In this document: positions 28,506-38,079 of the stretch, piece after piece | How positions within the stretch are numbered: the stretch's first letter is position 1 | Layout: each line of letters opens with the position of its first letter | Source of the DNA: Candidatus Obscuribacteraceae bacterium | GTDB taxonomy: Bacteria; Cyanobacteriota; Vampirovibrionia; Obscuribacterales; Obscuribacteraceae | Reading direction: 5' to 3' | DNA: 64,000 nucleotides | Assembly (NCBI GenBank): GCA_044226015.1 | Contig: JBGAHS010000008.1 | Span: forward strand, 224,001 to 288,000 | Notes under the pieces: model-generated | Seen by the model: the letters and a program-made list of their open reading frames with translations, nothing else | Databases searched by the model: none | Told to the model about the DNA's origin: nothing | Position numbers and translations under genes: made by a program

Positions 28506-28778
28506 TTAAGCATCAGTCTTTTTCATCGCTTTAGTTATTATTTGGCGAAGTCGTTCCCATAACACATTCGCTTCATCGTCCTTCCCTCTCGAACTCAGAA
28601 ACTCAAAGTATTCAACTAATACCTGTCCAAGAAGTGGACTATCTTCACCGGCAATAGACTCCGCTAGACTTATGGACCTTTCAAATAGTTGCGTTGCTTC
28701 CTCGTCGAGCTGCTGCTGTGCAGATTCCTTCGCCCTTTCGACAAGGCTGAAAACCAATTGTTGCTTCGGAAGTTTCAT
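28506..28778 (-). CDS. Small helical TPR-like protein (~90 aa)
   Basis: ATG at 28778 (MKLPKQQL...) is preferred over the TTG at 28811. EEATQLFERSISLAESIAGEDSPLLGQVLVEY...GKDDEA resembles kinesin-light-chain-type TPR repeats. Confidence 0.7.
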   Translation of the reverse strand: MKLPKQQLVFSLVERAKESAQQQLDEEATQLFERSISLAESIAGEDSPLLGQVLVEYFEFLSSRGKDDEANVLWERLRQIITKAMKKTDA

Positions 28779-28906
28779 TTTTTGCGACAAGCTATGCAAA
28801 ATAGCCTGCAAGAGAAGGGGCGAATGTAGCCGAAATACACGGAGAATTACCGCAAGCTATTTTCGCAGATTTGTAAACAGCATTGCAATTTTCACAAGAA
28901 CATTGA

Positions 28907-31099
28907 TTAAGGAAGCTCAGAACCATCCAGATTCACAAATCCTTTCTGACGGGCACGCTTTCCTTTTGCAATCGAGTCAATGATTAGCGCTACATTTTCT
29001 GCAGGACACAAGATACTTTCCCAAGTACACGACTGTGCTCCCAGACATTTCAACATTTCCTTATCCCGCTCCAATTGCAATAAAGCATCGGCTTGCATTA
29101 CGGTAACCAACTCCAGTTCCAAACTTGGAATCACGGGCAACCTCCTGTAGGCAAGCAAAATGCGGGTAGCAAACTCGTATTCCTCCTGGTACAGACCCGC
29201 CTCTTTAAGATCACTCAAAAGGAAACGCATATGATCTCTCTTGCTATGTTGGCTAAGGGATGGAATGCTGAGATCCGCTTTCCGCACGCAGTTCAGAAGC
29301 TGTTCCGTGGCAGCTGTTTTCCGCCTGAGGAAGTCCAACATGCATTGTTCTGACTCAAACCAATCAGCATAGTCTTTATAGGATGTGCGCGAGCGAAGCA
29401 CAGAATCACTTTCTGCAGCAATTTTTTCTCTAGCTAGCGTAAAGCAGTACTCCGCCAGGTCAACCTGACCGTGCCTCCTGGTGAAAAGGCACGCAGATAA
29501 CAAATCATCAGAGTCACTCATACTTTCAACAAGCTCATGAGCAAGTTTTTTGTCCCTCAATTCCATAAAGACACTTAGCATTCGCATGGCTAGGGCGTCA
29601 TTATCGCACGCATGAATTAGCGGCTCCAAAACCTTCACAGCTGCACCATCTTCTTTCAACGCATGCAAACTCTGAGCAGTACAAATCCTGGCATAAACAA
29701 TCTGTGTAGGAGTTATTTCGCGGGTTCGTCTTCTCTCTTCAGGAGAGACAGGATTTGGTATGTCGAGGTTGACCGCTATCGAGCCTTCAGGCAGTTGCTT
29801 ACCAGCAAGTGATTTTGCCTCAGCAATGCAATCTTTGTAGCGCTTTGCCAGAAACAAACAATCACATAGCGAAAGCTTGATGTAAGTCGGGTTATATAAC
29901 GCAGAGAGTTTTTGATTAAGTGCTCGCAATTCAAGAAGTTTGCCAATGGCGAGATCAAGCATTCCAGCTCGTCTTGCGGCTCTATACTCATCAAACATTT
30001 GTTGAACTTTCAACAAATTCGGATTCGTATTTCCCATTACCTTTATTCTGTTTTTTTGAAAGACTGCCAAACCTTGCTCAGAGTTTTTTGCTTCGATTTT
30101 GATTTCACTTTTGGCACGATCTCTCATTGCTTGAAAGCAAATCAGCGAAATTGCACCTAGCAGCAAAAAGCCCAGCCACGTAGCTGCAATCAGTTTATTT
30201 GTAATTAGATTCTTACCACGCCTGCCACTCCGACTGCCAGCTGAGACGAAATTGAAATCAGTAGAGTCTAGATCTGCGACGAACTCATCGACAGATTGAT
30301 ATCGCTGTTCAACAGATTTTGCCATCGCCTTTTGGAAGACAGCATTCAGTTTGCGAGCCGCAGGTTCTCGAGAATCCAAAAGCTCTGGAGCCGGGGTGTT
30401 TATGTGTTGATATAGCATTCCAATGGGATTGTCAGCCTGAAAAGGCAATTTGCCATGCAGCATTTCGTACAAGCACACAGCTAAAGAATAAATATCAGAA
30501 CGTGTATCCACTACTTTTCCTGCTGCCTGCTCGGGGCTCATGTAATTGGCCGTACCAATCAAAGTGCCAGTACCAGTCAAAGTTCTTGCAACCTCGTCTT
30601 TTAGAATTGAACGAGCCAAACCAAGATCGATTAGCTTGACCGTGTCAGACTCAGGCACATCTGTGAGAATAATATTCTCAGGCTTCAAATCTCGATGTAC
30701 GACTCCTTGCCCATGAATGGCGCTTAACCCGTTGCCAATTTGCCGAATCATGCGAACCACCGCCTGTAGTGGCAGGTGTTCTGCATGCTGCAACTTCGCG
30801 CGAAGGCTCGGACCTTCGATAAATTCCATTGTGATATAGCAAAATCCGGACGGGCTAACACCCATATGATAGATACGAACAACATTTAGATGGTCTATTC
30901 GACTGAGAAGATTCGCCTCGCGAATAAATCGCTCTTGTGAGTCGTCGTCTTGCATAAGTTCAGCATGGAGTATTTTCACCGCCACGATGCGATTGAGATC
31001 CAACTGACGAGCGCGAAAAACGGTGCCGTTTCCACCGCTACCAATGAGTTCAAGCAACTCATAGCGCTCATCAAAAATTTCGCCTACTTTAGGAAGCAT
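28907..31099 (-). CDS. Hanks-type Ser/Thr protein kinase with a transmembrane helix and a helical (TPR-like) C-terminal region
   Basis: GSGGNGTV, VAVK, HRDLKPEN, DLG (DFG variant), GTANYMSPEQ and SDIYSL motifs; hydrophobic segment LIAATWLGFLLLGAISLICF. Confidence 0.95.
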   Translation of the reverse strand: MLPKVGEIFDERYELLELIGSGGNGTVFRARQLDLNRIVAVKILHAELMQDDDSQERFIREANLLSRIDHLNVVRIYHMGVSPSGFCYITMEFIEGPSLRAKLQHAEHLPLQAVVRMIRQIGNGLSAIHGQGVVHRDLKPENIILTDVPESDTVKLIDLGLARSILKDEVARTLTGTGTLIGTANYMSPEQAAGKVVDTRSDIYSLAVCLYEMLHGKLPFQADNPIGMLYQHINTPAPELLDSREPAARKLNAVFQKAMAKSVEQRYQSVDEFVADLDSTDFNFVSAGSRSGRRGKNLITNKLIAATWLGFLLLGAISLICFQAMRDRAKSEIKIEAKNSEQGLAVFQKNRIKVMGNTNPNLLKVQQMFDEYRAARRAGMLDLAIGKLLELRALNQKLSALYNPTYIKLSLCDCLFLAKRYKDCIAEAKSLAGKQLPEGSIAVNLDIPNPVSPEERRRTREITPTQIVYARICTAQSLHALKEDGAAVKVLEPLIHACDNDALAMRMLSVFMELRDKKLAHELVESMSDSDDLLSACLFTRRHGQVDLAEYCFTLAREKIAAESDSVLRSRTSYKDYADWFESEQCMLDFLRRKTAATEQLLNCVRKADLSIPSLSQHSKRDHMRFLLSDLKEAGLYQEEYEFATRILLAYRRLPVIPSLELELVTVMQADALLQLERDKEMLKCLGAQSCTWESILCPAENVALIIDSIAKGKRARQKGFVNLDGSELP

Positions 31100-31278
31100 T
31101 TTCTCATACCATAATCAACGCCATATGATGACATACTCAATGAAAATTCTCTGCCACCTCTCTGACAATACTACGCAAACTCTTGACGACGAGCTTTCAA
31201 TCGCGAGAACCCAGGGGCTTCCAGCTGGGGCGACTTACTCTTAATTGCACTATTTCCAAAATACGAAAGAAACAAACG

Positions 31279-31311
31279 TAAAACCCGGCATTCCACGTCT
31301 GCCGGGTTTTA
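31279..31311. terminator. Intrinsic terminator-like hairpin, potentially bidirectional
   Basis: TAAAACCCGGCA-ttccacgtc-TGCCGGGTTTTA is a perfect 12-bp inverted repeat with A/T tails on both sides. Confidence 0.6.
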
Positions 31312-31455
31312 TTCAGCATAAAACTCTTTTCCCACGTGACTGAAAGTCGTGCGACAATTTTGATATGCGCGCTCAAGACTGAGCGAATGTTACTTCTGGT
31401 TTCCGCGGAGTTTGGCCGAGATATCAGCACGTTTACGCCCCACACCGAACAAAAC

Positions 31456-31932
31456 ATGAAAGTCGCCGTATTAGCTGACACGCACATTCCGAAAAGAGCA
31501 AAGAAGCTGCCAGATGCAGCGGAGAGGCTTTTGCATTCCGCAGATTTGATAATTCACGCCGGCGATCTAATCAGCGAAGAATTCCTGGAGCAACTGCGAG
31601 ACATCGCTCCATTGCATGCAGTCTTAGGAAACAACGATAAAAATCTTGATTTGCCCGATAGCCTAGAACTTGAGCTAGAGGAAGTGAAGCTTGCGATCAT
31701 TCATGACTCAGGAAACAAAAAAGGTCGCGGCAAGCGCATGAGAAAGCTGTTTCCCGAAGCACAGATAGTTATTTTCGGACATTCTCATGTTCCAATGAAT
31801 CTGGACGAAGACGGAATACGGCTCTTTAACCCTGGGTCGCCTACCGACAAACGAATGCAGCCCGAAGCAACTATGGGGCTCATCAACTTGAATAAAGGAG
31901 AGTGGGATGCGAAGATCATTCCGCTTTCCTGA
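31456..31932 (+). CDS. YfcE/MJ0936-family metallophosphoesterase
   Basis: ATG at 31456 (MKVAVLADTH); DTH, HAGD, GNND, IIHD, FGHSH and NPGS motifs. Confidence 0.93.
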   Translation: MKVAVLADTHIPKRAKKLPDAAERLLHSADLIIHAGDLISEEFLEQLRDIAPLHAVLGNNDKNLDLPDSLELELEEVKLAIIHDSGNKKGRGKRMRKLFPEAQIVIFGHSHVPMNLDEDGIRLFNPGSPTDKRMQPEATMGLINLNKGEWDAKIIPLS

Positions 31933-31998
31933 AATAAGAACGGGATGAAATGGACTTGGTGCTGCAATACGCTTTGTTGAGAATTGGGACGGCTTGAA

Positions 31999-32740
31999 AT
32001 GGACTTGTTGAGAGTATTAAGTCAGGTCATTATCATTCTGCCTTTTCTTGCGCAGGGTGTTGCAAATGCGAGTGATGATCTCGCAATGGATAAGAAACGC
32101 TGTTCTCCAAAAGCGAATCAACCTTGTAGCCAATAAAACACCCGCCTGCGAGTGGCAAGAATCGTCTAGTGGATGTAATTTCTCAAGAAAAAATGCGGGT
32201 AGTTTCTATGAAGATGTCGATTTAGGTGCATACATATCTCCTGATGGAACAGTATTGGACAAAAGCCAACTGAGAGAATTGCTACTGCGAATACAGAATT
32301 CAAAAAAAATACGAATCACTGAATTTTGACGAATTGGGTTGTACAAAAAACAAATACGAAGCAGTGTACAAGGAGCTTCGTGTAAACCAAAGTCCTGAGA
32401 AGGAAAAATCCTACGACGATTTTTGCAAAGTCAATTCAACAGCGTAGAGCAGAGCACAGGAAAGGCTTGCCTCACGATAACTCTCCATTCAAAAATTTTC
32501 GGAAATAACCCCGAAACAACTGTTTGGAGCAACAACGTTAACAATCCTATGATGCTTCCCTGGCACGTCAAAATGGGCGAATTGAGCTGGACTACATACT
32601 CTAGTTCAATGGTGCAAAAAATTGCTGAACTTTTGAAACAAAGCGATGTTGCAAGAACTCATCTGTCGGCGGACGACTTCTGGGTATCTAGTCAATGGTG
32701 GATGAACAGACAAGTTGCAACTGATGCAAGAAACAAATAG
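31999..32740 (+). pseudogene. Possible frameshifted gene for a secreted protein
   Basis: ATG 31999 gives signal-peptide-like MDLLRVLSQVIIILPFLAQGVANA/SDD but stops at 32136. Protein-like text continues in other frames (32048-32329; ~32307-32444 KYESLNFDELGCTKNKYEAVYKEL after an A8 run; 32423-32740). Confidence 0.4.
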
Positions 32741-32794
32741 TTGCACACTACGCGCTTTTTGAAAGTTCAGAAAGTGCTGATACAGCGTTAAAGA

Positions 32795-33301
32795 CTAATC
32801 GTTTTTGCTTTTAGCGTCGCGCTCTTTTTCTTTGCGATCTTCTTCTGCTTCTAGTGCTTTCTTGCGAGCGTCTTCCTCATCGTGTTCTTTTTCACGACGA
32901 GCATCTGCATCTTGCTTCGCTTGCCATTCTTCTTCGGTCATCCACTTATTTACGAAAGGTGCCTTGATATGCACTTTACCGTTGATATGCTCGACCTTCG
33001 TGAAAGGCGCTTTTACAACGCGATTTCCATTTGCGTCCTGTTTCACCGAGACAAAGGGTGCCTTAACCGTTTCGTTTCCATCTGCATCTTTAACGACCTT
33101 TGTGAAAGGAGCTTTCACCTTCTCATAGCCATGGCCGTCTTTCTCAATTTTTGTGAGTGGAGCTTTACTTACTTCCACTTCTCCTTTTGGTCTGGCTTCA
33201 CCTTTAACTACGTCTTCTGCTTTGACTATAGGGCTAGAAAGCATCGCAAGGACGGCAATACTTGTGTAACCAACAGCTTGAAATTTGGTGATTTTTCTCA
33301 T
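32795..33301 (-). CDS. Secreted protein with five 16-17 aa KAP(F/L) repeats and a charged C-terminal helix
   Basis: Signal peptide MRKITKFQAVGYTSIAVLAMLSSPIVKA/ED; repeats KAPLTKI, KAPFTKV, KAPFVSV, KAPFTKV, KAPFVNK; GAGGAAGG RBS upstream. Confidence 0.85.
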   Translation of the reverse strand: MRKITKFQAVGYTSIAVLAMLSSPIVKAEDVVKGEARPKGEVEVSKAPLTKIEKDGHGYEKVKAPFTKVVKDADGNETVKAPFVSVKQDANGNRVVKAPFTKVEHINGKVHIKAPFVNKWMTEEEWQAKQDADARREKEHDEEDARKKALEAEEDRKEKERDAKSKND

Positions 33302-33388
33302 GAAACCTTCCTCGGACGACTTCCGCCAATGCTAGCAGATTCTCGTCGTCGCACTATAAATCCGACTAATACGTAAATGAGGGCTCTG

Positions 33389-34456
33389 TCAGAAAGCGGG
33401 CGTGCACTGAGTTGAATGGACAAGCCTCAAGCTTGATGAGACTGGCGCTACTAACTCCTCTGGAGCAGGCAAGGGCACTTTGCTAACTGACTCTACAAAT
33501 CGAGCGCTTTTTTGCCATTTTTCATATCGTGCTTTAAGCCAGTTCTTTGTTTCACCTAATTTTAGAACTGGGAGGAGTTTGACCAGACAATAAATCACGA
33601 GATCCATGGACTCTTTTGGACATTCCGTAAATCCATCAGAATCAACAAAAACTTTGAGAAACGAATCGTTCGTAAAAGTAACGGTGTCGAGAGCTTGCAT
33701 CAGTCGCTGATCGAACCAGAACGCTTCATTCGCCGCAATTACAGCGTTAAAACTATCTCCTTCACTGAGAAACGCAAGAATGGCTTTGCAATATTTGTAG
33801 AGGAGATTTTGACTATCACACACTGTTTCGATGTATCGGACTCCAGCCTCGTACTGACCAGAGAATATGTAAGCAAGCGCCTTATGATGGCGAATGCGTA
33901 ACACATCAATCTGATCAAGTTGCAACAGTTCCTCATAAATTGAAAATACTGAATCGAAATCACCAGCTAGCAGTAACCCCTGAGCTAGTCGAAATGAGCA
34001 GCGAAGAAAGACCCTCGAGCTGGTGAATTCACTGAGCCTGCCAGGTTTCTTTCTAATGAAAGACTGTTCAATGATCCAGCGAGAATCATTTTGACCTGTC
34101 CTGTACCATTTGATCTTTCTATCCAAATCATCGCTGTTCTCAGCAACAAACTTTGCTGCATCAGGACATTGATTGCTGATTTCAGTCGCCTGCCGAGCGA
34201 AGCGCATACGAACACGTGGGCTTCTGCTGCTCAGCGCATCAAGAAATTTCCCCTGCGCTGCACCGCGAGGAGTTGAACGGTCAAAAATATCTTTCATTGG
34301 GCGCGTCAGCCTACCGAGAATAAAGGATCTGGCTTCGTCAGTGTCAAGGTTTCTAACTTCAATTTCTCGCTTCAACATTTCAATAATAGTCAGAATCTCG
34401 GTCATTTCGAATGTTGCTAACTCATTGGAATAGTTCTCAAATTGCTTGATTGTCAT
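33389..34456 (-). CDS. Hypothetical helical/TPR-like protein
   Basis: ATG 34456 with GGAG RBS is preferred over the track start at 34561. ARQATEISNQCPDA...FLRCSFRLAQGLLLAGDFDSVFSIYEELLQLD resembles bacterial ST7-like/TPR proteins. Confidence 0.7.
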   Translation of the reverse strand: MTIKQFENYSNELATFEMTEILTIIEMLKREIEVRNLDTDEARSFILGRLTRPMKDIFDRSTPRGAAQGKFLDALSSRSPRVRMRFARQATEISNQCPDAAKFVAENSDDLDRKIKWYRTGQNDSRWIIEQSFIRKKPGRLSEFTSSRVFLRCSFRLAQGLLLAGDFDSVFSIYEELLQLDQIDVLRIRHHKALAYIFSGQYEAGVRYIETVCDSQNLLYKYCKAILAFLSEGDSFNAVIAANEAFWFDQRLMQALDTVTFTNDSFLKVFVDSDGFTECPKESMDLVIYCLVKLLPVLKLGETKNWLKARYEKWQKSARFVESVSKVPLPAPEELVAPVSSSLRLVHSTQCTPAF

Positions 34457-34690
34457 GATCGGCTCCATTAACTTGCATGTAAAGGATGACGATGCAGCGG
34501 CACTACGAGCGGTGGCGCCACTCGCAAGTAAAATTGCTTGCATCAAAAGTCTCTGATGCAATCCTACAAGCAGTTATCAAAAAGACAATCCCGATAAAAA
34601 CCTCGGGAAAATCTGATTGGTCCATAAAGACTTCAACGGCAGGCAAGCACAGCACCTGTCCGAAGAAAAACATTTTTTTCTATGCAAAAA

Positions 34691-35488
34691 TTACGCGGCT
34701 ACTTCGCAAAGTTCGGGGTCCGCATCATATTCTGGCTCTGGCTCAGGGTGGCTAAGGTTAAAGCGCTCATTCACATCAGTGGCAAGACCCAAAAACTTTA
34801 GCGCCCGAATAGTCATCCAAGCGATATCGAGTTCAAACCATCGCATTCCAGTTCTAGCGCAGCCTGGGTAGGCATGATGATTGTTGTGCCAGTTGTCGCC
34901 CATGGTGATAAATGTGAGCCACCAGACATTTACGCTGTCTTCACCCTTTTCAAAATTCTTGTATCCAAGCTTTGGTTTATGGCACACCAAGTTGACCAGG
35001 AAGGGCACCTGCTGCGCAATAAGACCGGCTGCCACACTAGCCAGTGCAACCTTCCAGCCAAAAAGAAGCCAGAGTACACCTCGGAAACCGAAACCATAAA
35101 ATGTATTGGTTAGATGTGACGTGTGCCAGTTATTCTTGCGTTCAAGCAAACGATAAAGAGGATCGTTAATCAAGTCTTTCGCTTGCGTTTGTGGATTGAT
35201 GTGAGCTGGGTAATGTTTACCGAAGATCCAGCCCGAATAAGCGTGTACGTTTCCGTAACGCGGGCTGTGCGGGTCTTTCTCAGTATCAGTAAAGCGGTGA
35301 TGCGCACGATGGATGCAAGCCCACCAAATTGGTGAGCTTTCAAACGCCAAATATCCACCGATTACAAAGAAGTACTCAACTAATTTCGGGCACTTAAAGC
35401 TTCGATGAGCCAACAGACGATGATAACCGACTGTAATGCCGAGCAAATGCCAGACGTAAAAGACCAAAAAGTAGATTAATAAGTCCAT
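34691..35488 (-). CDS. Delta-9 fatty acid (acyl-lipid/acyl-CoA) desaturase, DesC/OLE1-like
   Basis: GITVGYHRLLAHRSF, HRAHH, DTEKDPHSP and WHNNHHAYP histidine boxes. Confidence 0.95.
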   Translation of the reverse strand: MDLLIYFLVFYVWHLLGITVGYHRLLAHRSFKCPKLVEYFFVIGGYLAFESSPIWWACIHRAHHRFTDTEKDPHSPRYGNVHAYSGWIFGKHYPAHINPQTQAKDLINDPLYRLLERKNNWHTSHLTNTFYGFGFRGVLWLLFGWKVALASVAAGLIAQQVPFLVNLVCHKPKLGYKNFEKGEDSVNVWWLTFITMGDNWHNNHHAYPGCARTGMRWFELDIAWMTIRALKFLGLATDVNERFNLSHPEPEPEYDADPELCEVAA

Positions 35489-35546
35489 TCAATCCTGCAA
35501 TGCCTAAAAGCAATAATCGAGCGCGTCACCGCACCAATTATGCGAT

Positions 35547-35816
35547 TTAATAACGCGATCTGGTTTTCGGCTTCGGCTGCGAAACGGAAACTGAAATTTG
35601 ACGGCCGTTAACATCTTTGCCGTTCAGATTCTTGATTGCTGCTTCGGCATCTGCTTGCGATTCCATTTCAACGAAACCGAAACCACGTGGGCGACCTGTT
35701 TCTCTATCGGTAGCGATATTGCAAGAAACTACTTGTCCGCACTGAGCGAAAAGCTCTGACAAGGTTTCGGATGTAACAGCAAACGACAAATTACCGACAA
35801 AAAGCTTGTTATTCAT
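35547..35816 (-). CDS. rbp: RRM RNA-binding protein (Rbp family)
   Basis: RNP2 LFVGNL and RNP1 RGFGFVEM; DRETGRPRG; 89 aa with no Gly-rich tail. Confidence 0.95.
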   Translation of the reverse strand: MNNKLFVGNLSFAVTSETLSELFAQCGQVVSCNIATDRETGRPRGFGFVEMESQADAEAAIKNLNGKDVNGRQISVSVSQPKPKTRSRY

Positions 35817-35825
35817 ATGTATTCA

Positions 35826-35866
35826 TCTCAACTTTCGACCTGGAGTACTCATCGACAAAGTTGAGA
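35826..35866 (-). promoter_or_regulatory. Long stem-loop in the putative rbp 5' leader
   Basis: TCTCAACTTT (35826-35835) and AAAGTTGAGA (35857-35866) form a perfect 10-bp stem, with an inner CGA/TCG pair set. The stem ends 9 nt before the rbp ATG. Confidence 0.5.
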
Positions 35867-36070
35867 ACATCGGCCATAGCTACGTAGAGCATTATGACAT
35901 CTTTCCATCGTTTTGGCTGAGTTCATTCACGAAACTACATTATTGCTAAGTCACGATGATGCGTTTTGACGGTCTGATTTTCTGCGACAAACCGAAAATC
36001 TGGTCGCGAAAGCAAATCTATAAAGCAGCTATTAGCAAGCATTTTTGGATTTTGCATCTGATAAGCGCAA

Positions 36071-36104
36071 GCGGATAATTTACCTTTAAGGATAGATTAT
36101 CCGC
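36071..36104 (-). terminator. Imperfect long hairpin downstream of the 36131-36481 gene
   Basis: GCGGATAAT...ATTATCCGC 9-bp arms with further inner pairing; no strong U tract. Confidence 0.4.
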
Positions 36105-36130
36105 CAGCTTAAATATGAATCAGGTGACAA

Positions 36131-36481
36131 CTAGTCTGTATATCTATTTCCCTGAGGAAGATATTCCATTATTAGGCTCTGCAAAACACGCGAGCGCTCA
36201 ACCCTAGTTGAAGACTCCATAGGATGAATGAAAACGAAAAGGTCGGACATTTCCCCGCCTTCTCTAGACCAAATTTCGCTCATCTTGGATTTGATTTGCG
36301 GGGCCGAAAGACTTTCCGCTTCCCCAAAATAAAGAACGGTGTGTGACTTTGGCTTAGTTTGCGGGTCGCGCTGATATGTAACGGCATATACTGCTGGCAC
36401 CTTTGGTGGTGCCCAATCTTCGAGTGCACCACATGATGAAAAAGCAACGCGCTCACGCCTGCCCCAAGAAATTACGCTCAT
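36131..36481 (-). CDS. Small protein with a GIY-YIG-like fold
   Basis: ATG 36481 with GGAG RBS; AVYAVTY...VLYFGEAESL...YLPQGN pattern. The typical catalytic Arg/Glu positions look degenerate. Confidence 0.6.
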   Translation of the reverse strand: MSVISWGRRERVAFSSCGALEDWAPPKVPAVYAVTYQRDPQTKPKSHTVLYFGEAESLSAPQIKSKMSEIWSREGGEMSDLFVFIHPMESSTRVERSRVLQSLIMEYLPQGNRYTD

Positions 36482-36823
36482 AAACTCCAACCTTTTGAGA
36501 AATCGCGTCTCAATTAGCTGAGAAACGAAAAAAAACTATAGAACATATTTATTATGACACGTTTCATAAATGGAGTAAATGAGAATCTCAGATTTCAGTG
36601 CTAGACCGCGCGATTCAGCGCGAGACACTCATCAAAGCACTCACCTGTAGTTTAAGCCAAGCTGACACATTGCAGCATTTATGGCGTTGCGGCTCAAAAT
36701 TCGTTTACACGGTTGGGTTTAGAACTATCTTGCATATGAATTTAGCATTGTAGGGAATAAAAACCTCAGGAAAATCTTACCCAGTTAAAATCTCATGTCT
36801 GGCTTCCCAAGCGCCTTGCATAG

Positions 36824-37135
36824 ATCACACTGCTCTGTATAATCTCAATTCTGGATGCAACTGATGAAGAATGGCGAAGGAAGTCCGATTTAGAAAGAAT
36901 TACACACAATCACAGTTTTGGAAAAGCTATTCGCGAATTAAGACAACAACGCAAACTGTCTCAATCTTCCATCAGCGGTATTTCAGAGCGCCATCTACGC
37001 CGAATTGAGTCGGGAGAGATACGACCCAGCACCGAGATGCTTCACGAGCTTGCAAAAGCTCACAAAATGGGCATCAGCAAATATCTTGAAGAAATAGGCG
37101 AGCGAATAAACCAAATGGATGCAAGGTCCAACTGA
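36824..37135 (+). pseudogene. XRE/Cro-type helix-turn-helix domain lacking a canonical start (5'-truncated regulator fragment, or CTG-initiated); absent from the ORF track
   Basis: The frame after TAG 36821-36823 reads ...LDATDEEWRRKSDLERITHNHSFGKAIRELRQQRKLSQSSISGISERHLRRIESGEIRPSTEMLHELAKAHKM...* (TGA 37133-37135). There is no in-frame ATG/GTG/TTG before the HTH. Confidence 0.75.
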
Positions 37136-37254
37136 ACGACCACTTCACTTTGTTCTGGCCCAGGATATCAGTGTTTTTATGCGGGTTTACCCCTATTAAT
37201 ACTCGCGTGATTGAGCTAGTTTGAAATTGGGTCCGCCAAACTTCAAAAGAGCAA

Positions 37255-38079
37255 ATGGAATTCTCGAATCAAGACCGCATAATAGAGAAAGAATCTGATT
37301 TCGAAACGTCGGATTCATTGCGGTCTGACGCACTTATGGTGGCACAGTCAACAAAGTCAAAAAGCGCACTGCCGCCCGTAAAAGAAACATTATTGCAAGG
37401 TAAACAAAACGAGCTGGGAACACTTCCTGAAATACAAATTCGGGTGCCAAGCTATTCAAAAGAGGTCCATACAAACGGATCCATAACGCTCAGAGACGCA
37501 GTCGGCTTGCGGATAGAGATATCTGCAGATGTTGACGAAAAAACAAAGAATGCAGTTGAATTTTACGCAGCGAACCTGCCGCAAAACTTGCGCGAGAGAC
37601 TGGCAGCCGCCAATGTACCAATTTACGTTGTGAACAAAATGTCCGATCTCAACCCCGCAATGAAAGATCTGCCCTTGCCAGTTCAAGACCCGCGAAAATC
37701 CTGGGACGAAGTCGGCGCAGCATATTTCGACAACAAAGAATGGAATATGCTCGGCAAAAAGGGAGTTGTAATCACACCCCCGTTTCTCGAATTCGCTCTG
37801 GTGCATGAAAGCGCACACGCCCTCGATGATATCGAGGGTCGTCCCTCTCACACAGCTGAATTCAAAGCGCTATGGGATGCAGATTTACAAAATGCCACGA
37901 ATAACAAGCTCGGCATAAACCCTTATCTTGCCCAAATGGGAAACCGCGGACCAGAGGAAGCATTCGCCGAAATATTCGACGCGCTTAACGCGAAAATTCC
38001 AAATAAGAAGCAAGAGCAGACCCTTCAAACATTCCCATCACTAGCAAACTACATTTACGAAAGGTACTTTGCTAAGTGA
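37255..38079 (+). CDS. Zinc metallopeptidase, anthrax lethal factor (ATLF/M34)-like domain
   Basis: LVHESAHALD (HExxH) followed by PSHTAEFKALWDAD, NPYL and PEEAFAEIF (third-ligand Glu). Confidence 0.8.
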   Translation: MEFSNQDRIIEKESDFETSDSLRSDALMVAQSTKSKSALPPVKETLLQGKQNELGTLPEIQIRVPSYSKEVHTNGSITLRDAVGLRIEISADVDEKTKNAVEFYAANLPQNLRERLAAANVPIYVVNKMSDLNPAMKDLPLPVQDPRKSWDEVGAAYFDNKEWNMLGKKGVVITPPFLEFALVHESAHALDDIEGRPSHTAEFKALWDADLQNATNNKLGINPYLAQMGNRGPEEAFAEIFDALNAKIPNKKQEQTLQTFPSLANYIYERYFAK

